Part shown: positions 25,987 through 38,960 of the stretch, piece after piece | Layout: each line of letters opens with the position of its first letter | Numbering within the stretch: the stretch's first letter is position 1 | DNA from: Azolla caroliniana | Taxonomy: Eukaryota; Plantae; Polypodiophyta | Length of the DNA stretch: 64,000 bases | NCBI GenBank assembly: GCA_043228905.1 | Contig: JBHGNT010000017.1 | Coordinates: forward strand, 17,670,001-17,734,000 | Reading direction: 5' to 3' | Translations under genes and position numbers: made by a program | The notes under the pieces: generated by a model | Database searches by the model: none | What the model was told of the DNA's origin: nothing | Seen by the model: the letters and a program-made list of their open reading frames with translations, nothing else

Positions 25987-28435
25987 ATGGCTGGTAACTC
26001 CACACCTCCCCTGTTCTTTCTATTCCTGATTGTTTCATGCCCATTCCTGTGCACATTGTCCATAGATGAGGAAGAAACCATAGACAAAGAAGCTCTACTG
26101 AGCTTCAAAGACAGCATCAATGGTGACCCACTTCGTGTGTTAAGCTCATGGAGCTCTTCACCTCATTCCTTCCCTTGCAACAGCAGTTGGGCAGGGGTCA
26201 CTTGCAACAATAATAAGAATGGAACAAGTAGAGTGACCTCACTAGACCTCAGGAAAAGCAACCTTACAGGAACTATATCCCCTTACCTCTCCAACCTCAC
26301 TTTCCTATCATACCTTAATCTCTCCATCAATAGCCTTACTGGGTTCATACCTGAACAGTTAGGTCAATTGTCATCACTAACCCATCTAGATTTCAAAGAG
26401 AATTTGCTATCTGGATCCATACCTTCTTCAGTTGGCAATTGTACATCCCTTATTTGGCTTGATTTAAGCAAGAATAGGGATGTGGTCGGGTCAATCCCGC
26501 CTTCCGTCGGCAGTCTCACTGCCCTTGAAATGCTTCAACTCCACACCCTGCCAAATTTGAGGGGTACCATACCCCCGGAGCTTGGAAACCTTACCAATCT
26601 AAAGTACATGTATTTGGGTCAAAATAACTTGACTGGAAGCATACCTCCTGAGCTCGGTAAGCTCACTAAGCTCCTTGAACTTTACCTCATGAGCAACAAC
26701 CTCGACGGGGTTATCCCACCAGAACTCGGGCACCTTCATAACCTGGAGATAATGGCTCTGTTGGAGAACAAATTCCAAGGGGGCATCCCACCTGAGTTTG
26801 GAAACCTTACAAACATCCAGTATTTGTGGTTCTGGAATATTAGCTTGGAAGGACCCATCCCGGCTGAATTAGGGAACCTCCGGAACTTGAAAGAGCTCGA
26901 TCTCCATGCCAATAAGCTATCTGGACCAATACCATCAACAATTGGCAAGCTCAAAAATCTACAGGGGTTGTCCATATCGGGAAACCGTCTCAATGGAAGC
27001 CTCCCCAAGGAGATTGGAAACCTCACTAACCTCCGTTACCTATATGCTCAGAACAACCAGCTTTCTGGCGAGTTGCCTCGGGAGATCGGAGACATGCAAA
27101 GCTCGGAAGAGTTGAACCTCGGGAACTTGAAAGAGCTTGATCTCTCTTCGAATGCTCTATCTGGACCATTACCATCAACAATTGGCAAGCTCAAAAACCT
27201 AGAGAGGTTGTCCATATCCTTCAACCAGTTCAATGGAAGCCTCCCCAAGGAGATTGGAAACCTCACTAACCTCCATTACCTAGATGCTCACAACAACCAG
27301 CTTTCTGGCGAGTTGCCTCGGGAGATCGGAGACATGAGAAGCATGGAAAAAATGGACCTCTCTACCAATAAGTTCATGGGTGAATTGCCTGCTGAGATAA
27401 GTAAAATTCAGAACTTAAGTATCTTCATTATCTTTAGCAATGGATTGAGTGGGAAAATTCCAGCGGAGCTAGGAAATATGACTACTTTAACTCAGCTGTA
27501 CCTCGGCAACAACAACTTCTCAGGATTCCTACCATCCGAATTAGGAAATCTTGTGAACCTCGTATACTTTGAGGCTAGTCCCAACAGGCTTGAAGGCCCC
27601 ATCCCTTTGTCATTAGGGAATCTCACAAAGCTAGTTTATCTAGACTTGTCCACGAACAATTTCTCGGGTCGTTTACCGGTTGAGTTGGCCAATTGTATAC
27701 AATTCCAGCGGCTGAAGCTTTCCGAGAACTCTTTGAGTGGCGAGGTTCCGAATCAGTTTACCGCACTGAGACAGCTAAATTTATTTTCACTTGCAGGCAA
27801 CAGCTTTAATGGAAGCCTGCCTGCCTCCTTTGTGAATGCGAGCAGTTTGGTGCTACTGGATTTTTCACGTAATCAGTTCAGTGGGCCTCTCCCTGACAGT
27901 TGGGGCCAACTAAAGAATCTAAGGCTTTTAAATGTCGGGTATAACAACCTAGAGGGTGTTCTTCCCTTATGGGTCTGGAATTTGAATCAGTTACAGATTT
28001 TGGTCCTCTCAAACAACCAATTCTCAGGTACAATTCCAGCTGACATACACCACTTAGAGGGTTTCAAGAATGAAAGTACAACCAGTTTAGACCAAACTTT
28101 ATGGACTGTTAAAGTGAGCATTGATGCAAAGGGTACACAATTACACTACATGTATCTCTTGAATGCTGTCATATCTTTGGATTTATCGGGGAATAAACTG
28201 TCTGGCACCATACCTGACGAGATTGGTTCATTGACCGGATTGTTCAGCCTAAATCTTTCAAGAAATCTACTAACAGGGCCAATTCCAAATAGTCTCGGAA
28301 AGGTTCTGACACTTGAATCATTGGATCTTTCGAACAATCAGCTTAATGGTACAATACCTACCCAACTAACAGCTTTGACATCACTAACATCCCTAAATCT
28401 ATCAAACAATCACTTATCAGGGGCAATCCCAACAG
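25987..28435 (+). CDS. LRR receptor-like kinase, exon 1 (signal peptide, LRRNT, 25 LRRs + island + 4 LRRs)
   Basis: Hydrophobic signal peptide, ALLSFK..LSSW..C..W.GVTC cap, plant LxxLxLxxNxLxGxIP repeats; phase-1 donor ACAG|GTATG at 28435/28436. Confidence 0.93.
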
Positions 28436-28778
28436 GTATGTTCTACTTGTATACCAGATTTGCTTTCATTTATCAATATCTTAGCTTTGCGTTGTTATAT
28501 CAATTTCAACTCTTGGGTTGTGGAAAGTGAATCTTAGCATTGGTTTGGTATATGGTTTCAACGCTTGGGTTGTGGAAAATGATTTTGTGAAACCACAGTT
28601 TTCAGTAAATAGACAACAAGAATATCAAGATGACTTTTAGAATCCATGTAACATTTGACTATGACTTGGGCCTTGAGACTATTGCTATCATTAAATCTTC
28701 ATGTTTTTACATTTTATTTAGATATTTTTGATGCTTTTGGTTTTTTATGTCATGTGTAAAATTTGTTTCCTTTTACAG

Positions 28779-29588
28779 AAAATCAGTTTGGCGGCTTTTT
28801 GAATGGTTCATATCTTGGGAATGCAGATCTCTGTGGGCCTCCACTTACATTAAGTTGTCCAATCAAAGCATCTGAATCCATAGGTCATGAGCATGGCATA
28901 TCCAAAACCAAAATCATAATCATTTGTGTAGTTCTGGTTTTCATCTGTGCAATAATTTCTATACTCGGTTTTTTAATTGCTGCTAAAAAGTGGAGGAAAA
29001 CTAAAGTTGTAATATTCGACCCAAGGATCAAACTCTCCGCCCAAGAGATTTCTCGTGCAACAAACAAATATAATGATGCTAACATTATTGGTAGAGGTGG
29101 CTCGAGCACAGTCTACAAAGGTGTTTTGAGTAGTGGAATGGTGATTGCTGTCAAGAAACTGAATCTCCACAACAGTCCAGAGGTGGAAAAGTGTTTTCTA
29201 TCAGAATCAAATACATTGGGTCAAATTCGGCATAGAAATCTTGTGAAAATATATGGTACCTTATCATCTGCAAATTCGAAATGCTTGATACTGGATTACA
29301 TACCAAGTGGGAACCTAGATCTGCATCTACACACAAATGAATCCACGTTAAGTTGGGAACAAAGATTTAATATTGCACATGGAGTGGCACAAGGATTGGT
29401 TTATCTGCATAAGGAAACAGGATTTGGCCGGGTTCTCCATTGTGACCTGAAGCCGAGCAATATTCTTCTTGATGAGGATTTCGAGGCACATATCAGTGAC
29501 TTTGGTATTGCCAGGATGATAAACTCTGAAATTGATCGGGCGGTTTCCATGTCGGGTATGCAAGGATCAATTGGATATATGGCACCAG
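28779..29588 (+). CDS. LRR-RLK exon 2 (GNxxLCG cap, transmembrane helix, kinase subdomains I-VIII, non-RD)
   Basis: Acceptor ttttacAG; IIGRGGSSTVYKG, IAVKKL, HRNLVKI, VLHCDLKPSNILL, DFG, GSIGYMAP; phase-1 donor at 29589. Confidence 0.92.
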
Positions 29589-29690
29589 GTATCCAGTCCG
29601 CTATCTCTTTGTTATCTTCGGGTTTTTTCTTAGGTACATGTATGCATGTGTGTGTGTGTGTGTGTGGTGTGTGTGAGAGAGAGAGAGAGA

Positions 29691-29825
29691 GAAAGAAAGA
29701 AAGAAAGATATATTAACGTTTTCTAAGACCAAAATTGGCCCATGAGACAATTGGTTTACAACAAAAATGGGGTATTTACCCATTCATCGAAAATAAAAAT
29801 AAAATAAAATAGAACTTAAGCTAAA
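29691..29825 (-). mobile_element. Severely 5'-truncated LINE tail in intron 2 of the RLK, embedded in (GA)n
   Basis: Matches LINE 3' UTR at 15780-15910 and 32035-32170; (GA)n on both sides. Confidence 0.75.
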
Positions 29826-30281
29826 GAGAGAGAGAGAGAGAGAAACCATCGAATGATGCATGAAGTAAGTAGTTAATATGAACTAATGTAAAAAGAAATG
29901 GTAATCGGAGAGTTAGAAGCAAGGATCCTGCAATGTTGGCATCCTGCAATGGCATCTAGTAGCTTAGTGTTCTGGGTGTCCTTGGACAGATAGGACATGA
30001 AGACAATTTTGTGTGGGTATGGCTCATGTGATTTGTTCCTAGTTCTCATGGTCTCAGTTGATGTCCTCATTCTTCTGCTTGCTCTTTGATGACTCCATAG
30101 CACTTTATCAGTGGAGATAAAGAAGTATGGAAGAAGTCAGTGATATGGTAATGTAAGGTTTGACTCCAAAAGTGTCATGGGTCAGCCTTCTTCATTATCT
30201 GTTCATTAGTGGTGACGTATCAAAGAGGGAGGATTTAATTTTAATGGCTCTATATGATTTGCCCTGTTTTGCAATTGGCAG

Positions 30282-30700
30282 AATATGCATATGGTGAGAG
30301 ATTGACAGACAAGGTGGATGTGTATAGCTATGGGGTGGTGGTATTAGAGATGATTACAAAGTTGCGTCCGACCAGCAACATTTTCACGAACGGAAAAAGC
30401 CTACCCAAATGGGTGCAATCTGCGGTACATGGGAATTGGATAGATGTGATTGATCTAGACCTGAAGAAGGAAATCCAAGATGGGTTAGCAGCCCAGGAGT
30501 GCATATACAGTGTATTGGCTTTGGCATTGGCTTGTGCCAAGGAATCTCCGAAAGATCGGCCAACAATGCTGGCAGTGCTAGAGACATTAGTTCTTTTGAA
30601 GCAAGGAAAGGTAATTGAGGTCCAACTGGATACCAATTCAGATGCTACCAGTGAATTGGGTTTGTTGGACTCTGGGACTACCTCTGATTCGTCTTTGTGA
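30282..30700 (+). CDS. LRR-RLK exon 3 (kinase C-lobe); spliced CDS 3678 nt, 1225 aa
   Basis: Acceptor ttggcAG restores APEY; DVYSYGVVVLEMIT, C...PKDRPTM; exon lengths 2449+810+419 keep the frame. Confidence 0.92.
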
Positions 30701-31856
30701 GCATTCGGCACTCTTATGTAAAGAAAATAATTTTAGAAGTTGTCTCTTGATGCAACTTCAAGCCATCAATTGTAATTTTCATGCTCCAACTTAGCTTCCA
30801 ACTTAGTTGTTGTATCATGCTCTATCTTAGTTACTCTTAGTCACTCCATGATATTATAACCTGTGTTTCTTTCACTAGCTCTATGTCATTTGTATTCAAT
30901 GCGCTTGCCTTATTCGACACAATGTCCAGGGAGAACAACATTGCTTCTCCATGTTATAAATGTGTACCAACATTGTATCTTGTATTGTATTGTATTCTTT
31001 TTACAAAGAAAATAAATAACATCACCTATGATTGTGAGCAGGTAACAACTCTCAAAAACTTTCAATTCCTTTTGTGTGCTAGAGTAAATTCCCTATGTGA
31101 TATTCTTTATCTTCCCCATTCTTTTTTATATTATATTTACTAGAAGACAAAAATATTTGGTTTTCTTTGGTTAGTATTAGAATATAAAAAGTGCAAGTAA
31201 CTTTGTAAACCTCCAAACATCCATTTACCACTTGCAAGCATACCACATGTAAGTATGGTACTTAGCAAGCATGTCACCTTAATTATGGTCATAATGAGAT
31301 GATGATAATCTAGGAAAAATCAAAATATGGAGGCACGATAACATTTGGTTAATGAGAGTAGTAGTGGTGAGGAACAAGTTATGCTATCATGAGTGGTGGT
31401 CACCTAATAATACACATTCCAAAATATAATCTTCATGAAAGCATTGGGGACCAACAAGCTTCGGCAATTTTTGATTGGGCTTGGCCTTTCGACCGATGAC
31501 TTGCTACGCTTGAGGGGGAGTGATAGCCGACCTGATAGCTGACTCGGTCGTGAAATAGTTGAGCTTCAAGGGGTATGTTGAGAATCAATCTCAACCTAAG
31601 TCTAGTGTGTGAAACTGAACACACCTTATTTAGAGAATGTATGAACACTCAAAGGTCAAAGGTCACCACTATTCCCCATGTTGCTAGAGAGAGAGAGTGG
31701 GTGTTTTAATGAGAAAATGTAGAGAGAGGGTGACTTGATATAAAGCACCCTCCTTTCTTTGTAAAATGTTGGTTTCTAGTTTATTTTCTTACTCTGTGTT
31801 AATATACATTTGAATCTTTTATCTTCTATCTGTCTTGTTCTCTTGTCCCTCTCTCC

Positions 31857-31890
<34 letters not shown>

Positions 31891-32891
31891 TCTAATCTAT
31901 TTTGCCTATCATAATAATTCAACTTAATTATTAACATGATGTAATATCAGCATCCTTTGATTGTAGGCGTTTGTGATAGCCCCCATACATCTGAGTGGAT
32001 AATTTCAAGGAGGCCTTTACTTTATAATATGAGAAAGAAAGAAAGAAAGAAATATTAACGTCTTATAAGGCCAAAATTGGCCCATGAGACAAATGGTCTT
32101 TAACAAAAATGGGGTATTTACCCATTTATCGAAAGAGAAAATAAAAAGAAAATAGAGCTTAAGCTAAATGGTTCTAGTAAAAAAAACATGTTCTATAGGG
32201 AAATGACTTTATACTAGGCCTAGTTTCATTTCCATCCAAGTCTCTCGAAAAGAAGCGGTTGGTCAAAGGGTTTTGATGTGGATGTGGCATGTGGTACCAA
32301 TGTAAGAGGTACCCCCCAACCATAGCTTTTAGGCAGCGTAGCTCATGTTCCCTTATCTTCTTAACCATTTCTACTCCGCGTCGAGTTGCTTTGAAGCCCA
32401 ACATTCGGGGGCGTTTGGTTGTTCTTTGCATTTCCGCTTCATCAAGGAGAGGCCGAGTGGCATAGTTGTGTCCACATTTATTGTCTCCCCTTGTTCCTGA
32501 AAATTTACATTAGTTTCATGTTGGTGGATATTAAAAGGGTTATCGTTAACACTTTGTAATATATTCTCCATATGTTGTTTTAGCTCTAAGATATACTTAC
32601 TCAGTCTCTTTATATCTGGTGTATCTAATAGCTTGGAGAGGGTGGGAGAGGGTCCTACTATGTCTTGGTATTTCGCCCTTATCTCGGCATAAGTTGGACA
32701 CTTACATGTAAACTAATGTGCATCCTCTATCTCTATGTGACATAACCTACATAGCCTTTCCTCTCTAGGGACTCTATTAGCATGAGCATTCTCAATCTCA
32801 AGTTGGTGAGATGATATCCTAAGTTGTCCAATGGCCACCCTTAGTGCGTTTGATAAGAATGTATCTAGATATTTTGGTCGTGTAATAAAAC

Positions 32892-35800
32892 TGTTGAGAT
32901 ATCAAGCTCAACTAGTTTAATCTAGTTAGTCAACACATGTAACTTAGTAGTTACCTAGATCGAATCTAGTTAATGTGTTGACCTTAAGCCTTTAAATAGG
33001 ACCTTGTACTTAAGTGGGATATTCTAGATCCTCCACTCCTTAGTACATTTAATGTAGAACTTACACATAAGTACCTATGTTCTACCCACACATGTGCACC
33101 TTTGCACATGGGTTGCATATATACCTCATTGTGGGTATTTTTGTATGTTGATGAAACTTTTCAATATAGTCAATCATCCCCCATTTATCTTTGTGTTCAT
33201 AAGTGTAACCTCCTCTCTCTCTCTCTTCCTCTCACACACTCTCACGCGCATATCATACTAATCTTCCGCTGCTTAACGTAACCATATAATTAGTCTCTAA
33301 TTAACCCTAGTTAATTACCTAATTACTTAACATGGTATCAGAGCGCGTGGTTTAGGAAATCCACTAAGCCCACCGCTTATTCGTGATTGTGTGTTCGAGA
33401 CGCCGACGACAAATCCCGGCTATTCGCTATCCGCTACCGTAGTGCCGCTACAAAGGACGTGTACGCGACCAAGAGAAGAAAAACAAAACGGAAGAGACAA
33501 CAATCAACATGAACAAACAAATGGGAAGCTCACTCCCTAGAGAAAAGCTAGACCGAAGCAACTATTCATCTTGGGAGTACAAGATGAATCAATACCTTGT
33601 CGGCCAAGGGTATTGGAGCTACATCAACGGCGCACAAGAAAACAAACCCGAAACCACACACGCCAACTACCCAACATGGGAGCAAGGCGCAAGTCGGGTA
33701 ATGTATTGCTTGGCAACATGTGTAAACGACCACATGCTTAGCCACATTCGTGACGCCAAGACGCCCACAGAGGCGTGGGAAAATCTCAAGAAGATTTTCG
33801 CCGCGGACACATCCGCGCGCAAGCTTTAACTCCGGCAAGAGTTGAACAACATACGACAAAAAGAAATGTCTGTGACGGACTTCACCGCCAAGATCAAGAG
33901 CATTTGCGATTCGCTTGGCTCCATCAATGTCAACATCGATGAGGACGAGATGGTGCAAGTATGCTTGGGCGGCCTCGCACAACGATTCAACCCGTTGAGA
34001 ATGGCAATCTTGGCGAGAGATACCCCTCCCTCATTCTTCAACCTCCAATCAATGCTATTGGTTGAAGAAAACCACGTTCAACCAAAGACCAACACATCGG
34101 AAGGAAAAATGCTCTTCTCCGATACGGATGGTGCCCATAGACGAGGTCGACGCGGAAGAGGTCAATTCGACCTATCCCACGAAGGGAATTCACAATTTCG
34201 GCAAGGAAACGAAAGCCATCGAGGAACCTTCACAAGAAGGGGGAGCTTCCACGCCAAACAAGGTCGGCGAACAACGCCACCTACGTGAAACTATTGCGGA
34301 AAATCGGCCATCGTGAAGAGGAGTGCCGAAAAAGACGAAGCGAGTCGGCCTCGACAAGCCGACAACTCACAAATTACGCCGCGAACGCGGAATACGCAGA
34401 CTACAGTGGACTCTTCGTGATGAGGCATAGAGCGAACTCTATGATGGCCTCCGATCCCGCAAACTCCGCAAGCACCTCCAACTCCGAACACGCGTGGTTC
34501 GTAGACTCCAGCACCTCGCACCACATGACGTTGCACCAAGAGTGGTTTCGCGACTTGCGAACGCCGGATCGACCCGGCTACATAGAGACCGGAGATGACA
34601 CTCCGCATCCCATTCGGCACATCGGCGATGTCCCATTCGGGAAAGAAGGCGAGCAAACTTGCATCAAGAATGTCTTGCACGTGCCCACAATAACAAAGAA
34701 TTTGGTCTCGGTGGGCCAAATCGTGGAGCAAGGCATGCAAGTCCGTTTCAACAATGAAGGTTGCTTCATCGAGAAAGACGACCGACTCATAGCCAAGGGA
34801 CGGAGAGACGGTCGCTTGTTCATCCTCAACTCGAACGAGGTGAAATTGGCCATGTACGCCAAAGGTCTCAAGACCGAGACAAACATCGAGTTGTGGCACA
34901 AGCGAATCGGCCACGTAAACCTCTAACGGCTTCGCGGAATGCAATCAAAGGGAGTCATAATCGGACTTCCGGCCTTCGAATCAAAACGAGTCGACCGAGT
35001 GTGCGAAGCATGCCAACTCGGCAAACAACATCGACTCCCATTCCCGAAGGAGAGCTCCGCGAGCAAAGGTCTCCTTGACATAATCCACTCGGACGTATGG
35101 GGACCGTCTCAAACGCCGACGCTCGGCGGATGCCGCTACTACGTCACCTTCATCGACGACCACTTGCGCTACGCGTGGATATACTTGATGAAGAAGAAGA
35201 GCGAAGTGCTTTCCCACTTTCAAAGGCTCAAAAGCCAAGTGGAGAAAGAAACCGGTCGGCACATTCGATGCCTACGATCAGACGGAGGAAAGGATTACTT
35301 CTCCGACGAGTTCACCTCCTACCTCCAAGGTGAAGGCATTCGTAGAGAATTCTCATGCCGACACACTCCCCAACAAAACGGAGTAGCTGAGAGAAAGAAT
35401 CGGCAAATACTTGAGGTAGCACGCGCCATGATGCGTGAGAAGCACATGCCGAACTTCTATTGGGTGGAAGCGGCATCCACAACCGTCTATCTCATGAACT
35501 CGTGCACCACCAATGGAGTCCACGGCCGTCTTCATTGGAAGGAAGCCCATCCTCTCGCACCTCAAGGTGTTCCGAAGCATTGCGAATGTACGCATCCCGA
35601 ACGAAAGTCGAGAGAAGCCCGACGCAAAATCGGAAGAATGTATCCTCATAGGATACTTGTCTACGAAAAAGGCATACAAGTGCTTCAACCCCTCAACCCG
35701 AGCGGTGCGGATAAGTTGCGACGTCGTTTTCGAAGAATCGGCATCTTGGTATAAGCTCAATGCGACTCCATCCGACCCGATCGAGGAAGAGTTGAACGCC

Positions 35801-36946
35801 AACTCAAACGACGAAACTCGACCAAGTCTTCCACCGAAGGATAATCCAAGCTCTACCGAGCTAATTGGCCCACAAGAGCCTCCACGCGATGAAGACACGT
35901 CGCGGCCAAGTTCGACACTAGACAAAGGCAAAGGTAAGATGCCCAAATATGAAGTCGAGGTCCACCCCGATGACCGTGATTCGGATGATTCGGCTCACTC
36001 ACTAGACAGTGAGTTCGGTGTACCCATCATGAGGACACTCGGAGTAAAGAAGGCGCTCACATCAACAAACGAGAAACTCCGCCGCTCATCATGAGCGAAG
36101 ACCCAAGTCACTCGTTACGCCTACAACAAGTATATGGCCCATCACTATGCCCTCGTGATGAAGGTAGTGGGTGAACAAGAGCCTGAGGATCCAAGCCTTT
36201 GTCATAGGCTAGAGGGGGAGAACAAACCCGCGGAGAACCGCACAACGAAGCCGCGAAGATGCGAAGAAAGCCGCGCAACGCCACGCAACGAAGCCGCGGA
36301 GAGCCGCGCAACGAAGCCGCGAAGACGCAAAGAAAGCCGCGCAATGCCGCACAACAAAGCCGCGGAAAGCTGCGCAACGAAGCCGCGAAGACGCGAAGAA
36401 AGTCGTGCAACGCCGTGAAGAAAGCCACAAGCCGCACCGATGCCGACGGTGCCGAAGGAAGCTAAACCGGACGTTGGACGCCTCACACTAGAGCTTGAGG
36501 GGGCGTGTTGAGATATCAAGCTCAACTAGTTTAATCTAGTTAGTCAACACATGTAACTTAGTAGTTACCTAGATCGAATCTAGTTAATGTGTTGACCTTA
36601 AGCCTTTAAATAGGACCTTGTACTTAAGTGGGATATTCTAGATCCTCCACTCCTTAGTACATTTAATGTAGGACTTACACATAAGTACCTATGTTCTACC
36701 CACACATGTGCACCTTTGCACATGGGTTGCATATATACCTCATTGTGGGTATTTTTGTATGTTGATGACACTTTTCAATGTAGTCAATCATCCCCCATTT
36801 ATCTTTGTGTTCATAAGTGTAACCTCCTCGCTCTCTCTCTTCCTCTCACACACTCTCACGCGCATATCATACTAATCTTCCGCTGCTTAACGTAACCATA
36901 TAATTAGTCTCTAATTAACCCTAGTTAATTACCTAATTACTTAACA
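32892..36946 (+). mobile_element. Non-autonomous Ty1/Copia element (gag-protease-integrase, no RT/RNaseH), copy 2; TSD AAAAC
   Basis: LTRs 32892-33332 and 36506-36946 (441 bp, ~4 substitutions by eye); PBS tggtatcagagc 33333-33344; PPT tgagggggcg; AAAAC at 32887-32891 and 36947-36951. Confidence 0.95.
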
Positions 36947-38464
36947 AAAACCTACCTTAGAGAAGTGCAAGAAGTGTTCCTTATAGTACAACATTTTAGA
37001 TGGGAGTGGCTCTCGTGGGGTGATCCATTTATATTGGGTGTAAATTTTCCATATTTGTTGGCGTATTACTTTATTGCGGTTTTCATGAGAGATTAAAGTT
37101 TGATCAACCCCCGGGTTGTACTTAAGGGGAGGTAGGTTATCAATTTCTATGCCATTTGTAAGTAACCAACTCACTACAACGCTATACCAAGAGCTAGTGT
37201 CTCTGGACACATATAGGGATCGGGATGTGTCAAAGGCTTGACAGGATATCCTATCTTGTGGTTGGCTATGTATCCGATGAATAAAAACTACCACTTGGAA
37301 AAGTGCTTCTACTAACATTGGGGGAAAACTGAACTCTAGTCTCATAATGTCATGTGGTACTGTCGGTTTTCTTTCGGAGTTGACATGATAACATCGTCAC
37401 CAAAGGTCATACTACCGAAAGGCGTCCACATGAAAGGCGGTAGACTTGGAGCCCATACTACCGATGCATACATGAGGGAAGCGGTCACTAATGAGTCGAA
37501 GAACCATCTCTTAGTTCGTGGCTCTTGAAAGGATGCATGGTGGAATTGTGTGTTATGTACACATAACGTTGGTGAGGGTAGGTCACTAATATTTACATTA
37601 GTGAAGGGTATGTTCACTATTATTAAAAAGGGGACTAATGATTGGATAGAATGAATGATATGTGCATGCACTATCATGATTTAGACAACCAATGAATAGA
37701 GAGCCTTTTAGAAAGGCACATCTATTCAAGGGGCCTAGGAAAAGGTATAAATATGAGGCTTAGCTACCCTCATAGAAATCATGACGTCGGAAGGCTGCTG
37801 TCGTAGACACCGGTGGTGCGGGCTAGGCTTTCGTCTAGACGATCGTGTTTATCTCTTCCAAGGTATTAGTCATCCTAATATCCGGCGGTATGGGACGTCG
37901 GTGGTAGGTTGGCTATGTCTAGATCATAGCTCGGGGGTGGTCGGGTGGAACGGGTTCTTCTATCCAATCTATTTTCTTCCTTTTTACTTGATTTGGTCTA
38001 TTGATTAGTAATAGACTCTTAACAGTGGTATCAGAGCTTTTACTAACAATTTTTTTGTTGTTTTGATGTTTTTTGCGTGTGAGCGAGGGGGATCTAACAA
38101 GGCTCGTCATGCTCTTCTCAGGATCAAAACAACACTCTAAACCCGGTATTCTTCTTTTTTGATCTCTTCTCTTTTTCTATTATGCGTTCTTTATGGTCGA
38201 ATCAAATTGGTATTACGTTTTATTCTCTTTCTTTCTACCTCCTACTACGCTACGATTTTACTTATTATTATGCATCGGGCCGAGCGTGTTTGCACTAATC
38301 GCACACGCTCAACTCATGGCCTTTTGCATATTGCGATATATATCCCACTCTCTCCTCTCTTGAACTCTTACGATAATAATTATTCTTGTGCATTGGGTCG
38401 AGCGTGTTTGCTCTAATTGCACACGCTTATCTCATGGCCGTTTTGCATATGATGTTGAGTATAC

Positions 38465-38960
38465 CACTCTTCCCCTCTATTGAGCCATCACTTGGCCGAT
38501 TCTAAGGGATGATGTGGCCTTGACGAGGTGTATGTTGCCTACCTATGCCACTCTACTCTCTATTAAGCCATCAATTGGCCGATTCTATGGGATGTTGTGG
38601 CCTTGACAAGGTATATGTAGCTTACATATGCCACTTTCCTTTTTAATTAGCCATCAATTGGCCGATTCTAAGGGATGATGTGGCCTTGACAAGGTATATG
38701 TAGCTTACATATGCCACTTTCCTTTTTAATTAGCCATCAATTGGCCGATTCTAAGGGATGATGTGGCCTTGACAAGGTATATGTAGCTTACATATGCCAC
38801 TTTCCTTTTTAATTAGCCATCAATTGGCCGATTCTAAGGGATGATGTGGCCTTGACGAGGTATATGTCACTTACCTATGCCACTTTCCTCTTTAATTAGC
38901 CATTACTTGGCCGATTCTAGGGATATGTGGTGGTCTTGAGGAGGTGCATGTCAACTACCC
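38465..38960. repeat. 83-bp tandem array (~5.5 copies) in the 5' leader of chromovirus B
   Basis: ttggccgatt recurs at 38492, 38575, 38658, 38741, 38824 and 38907. Confidence 0.95.

Noticed and set aside
28436-28530. 847-aa LRR ORF as a stand-alone RLP, separate from the kinase
   Set aside because: The tail is intron read-through; canonical phase-1 splice sites join it in frame to the TM-kinase exons
31260-31940. Possible old solo LTR downstream of the RLK
   Set aside because: LTR-like composition but no clear TG..CA ends, TSD or second copy in the window
38465-38960. Hammerhead ribozyme/retrozyme in the 83-bp or 82-bp repeats
   Set aside because: No correctly arranged CTGANGA...GAAA core seen on either strand
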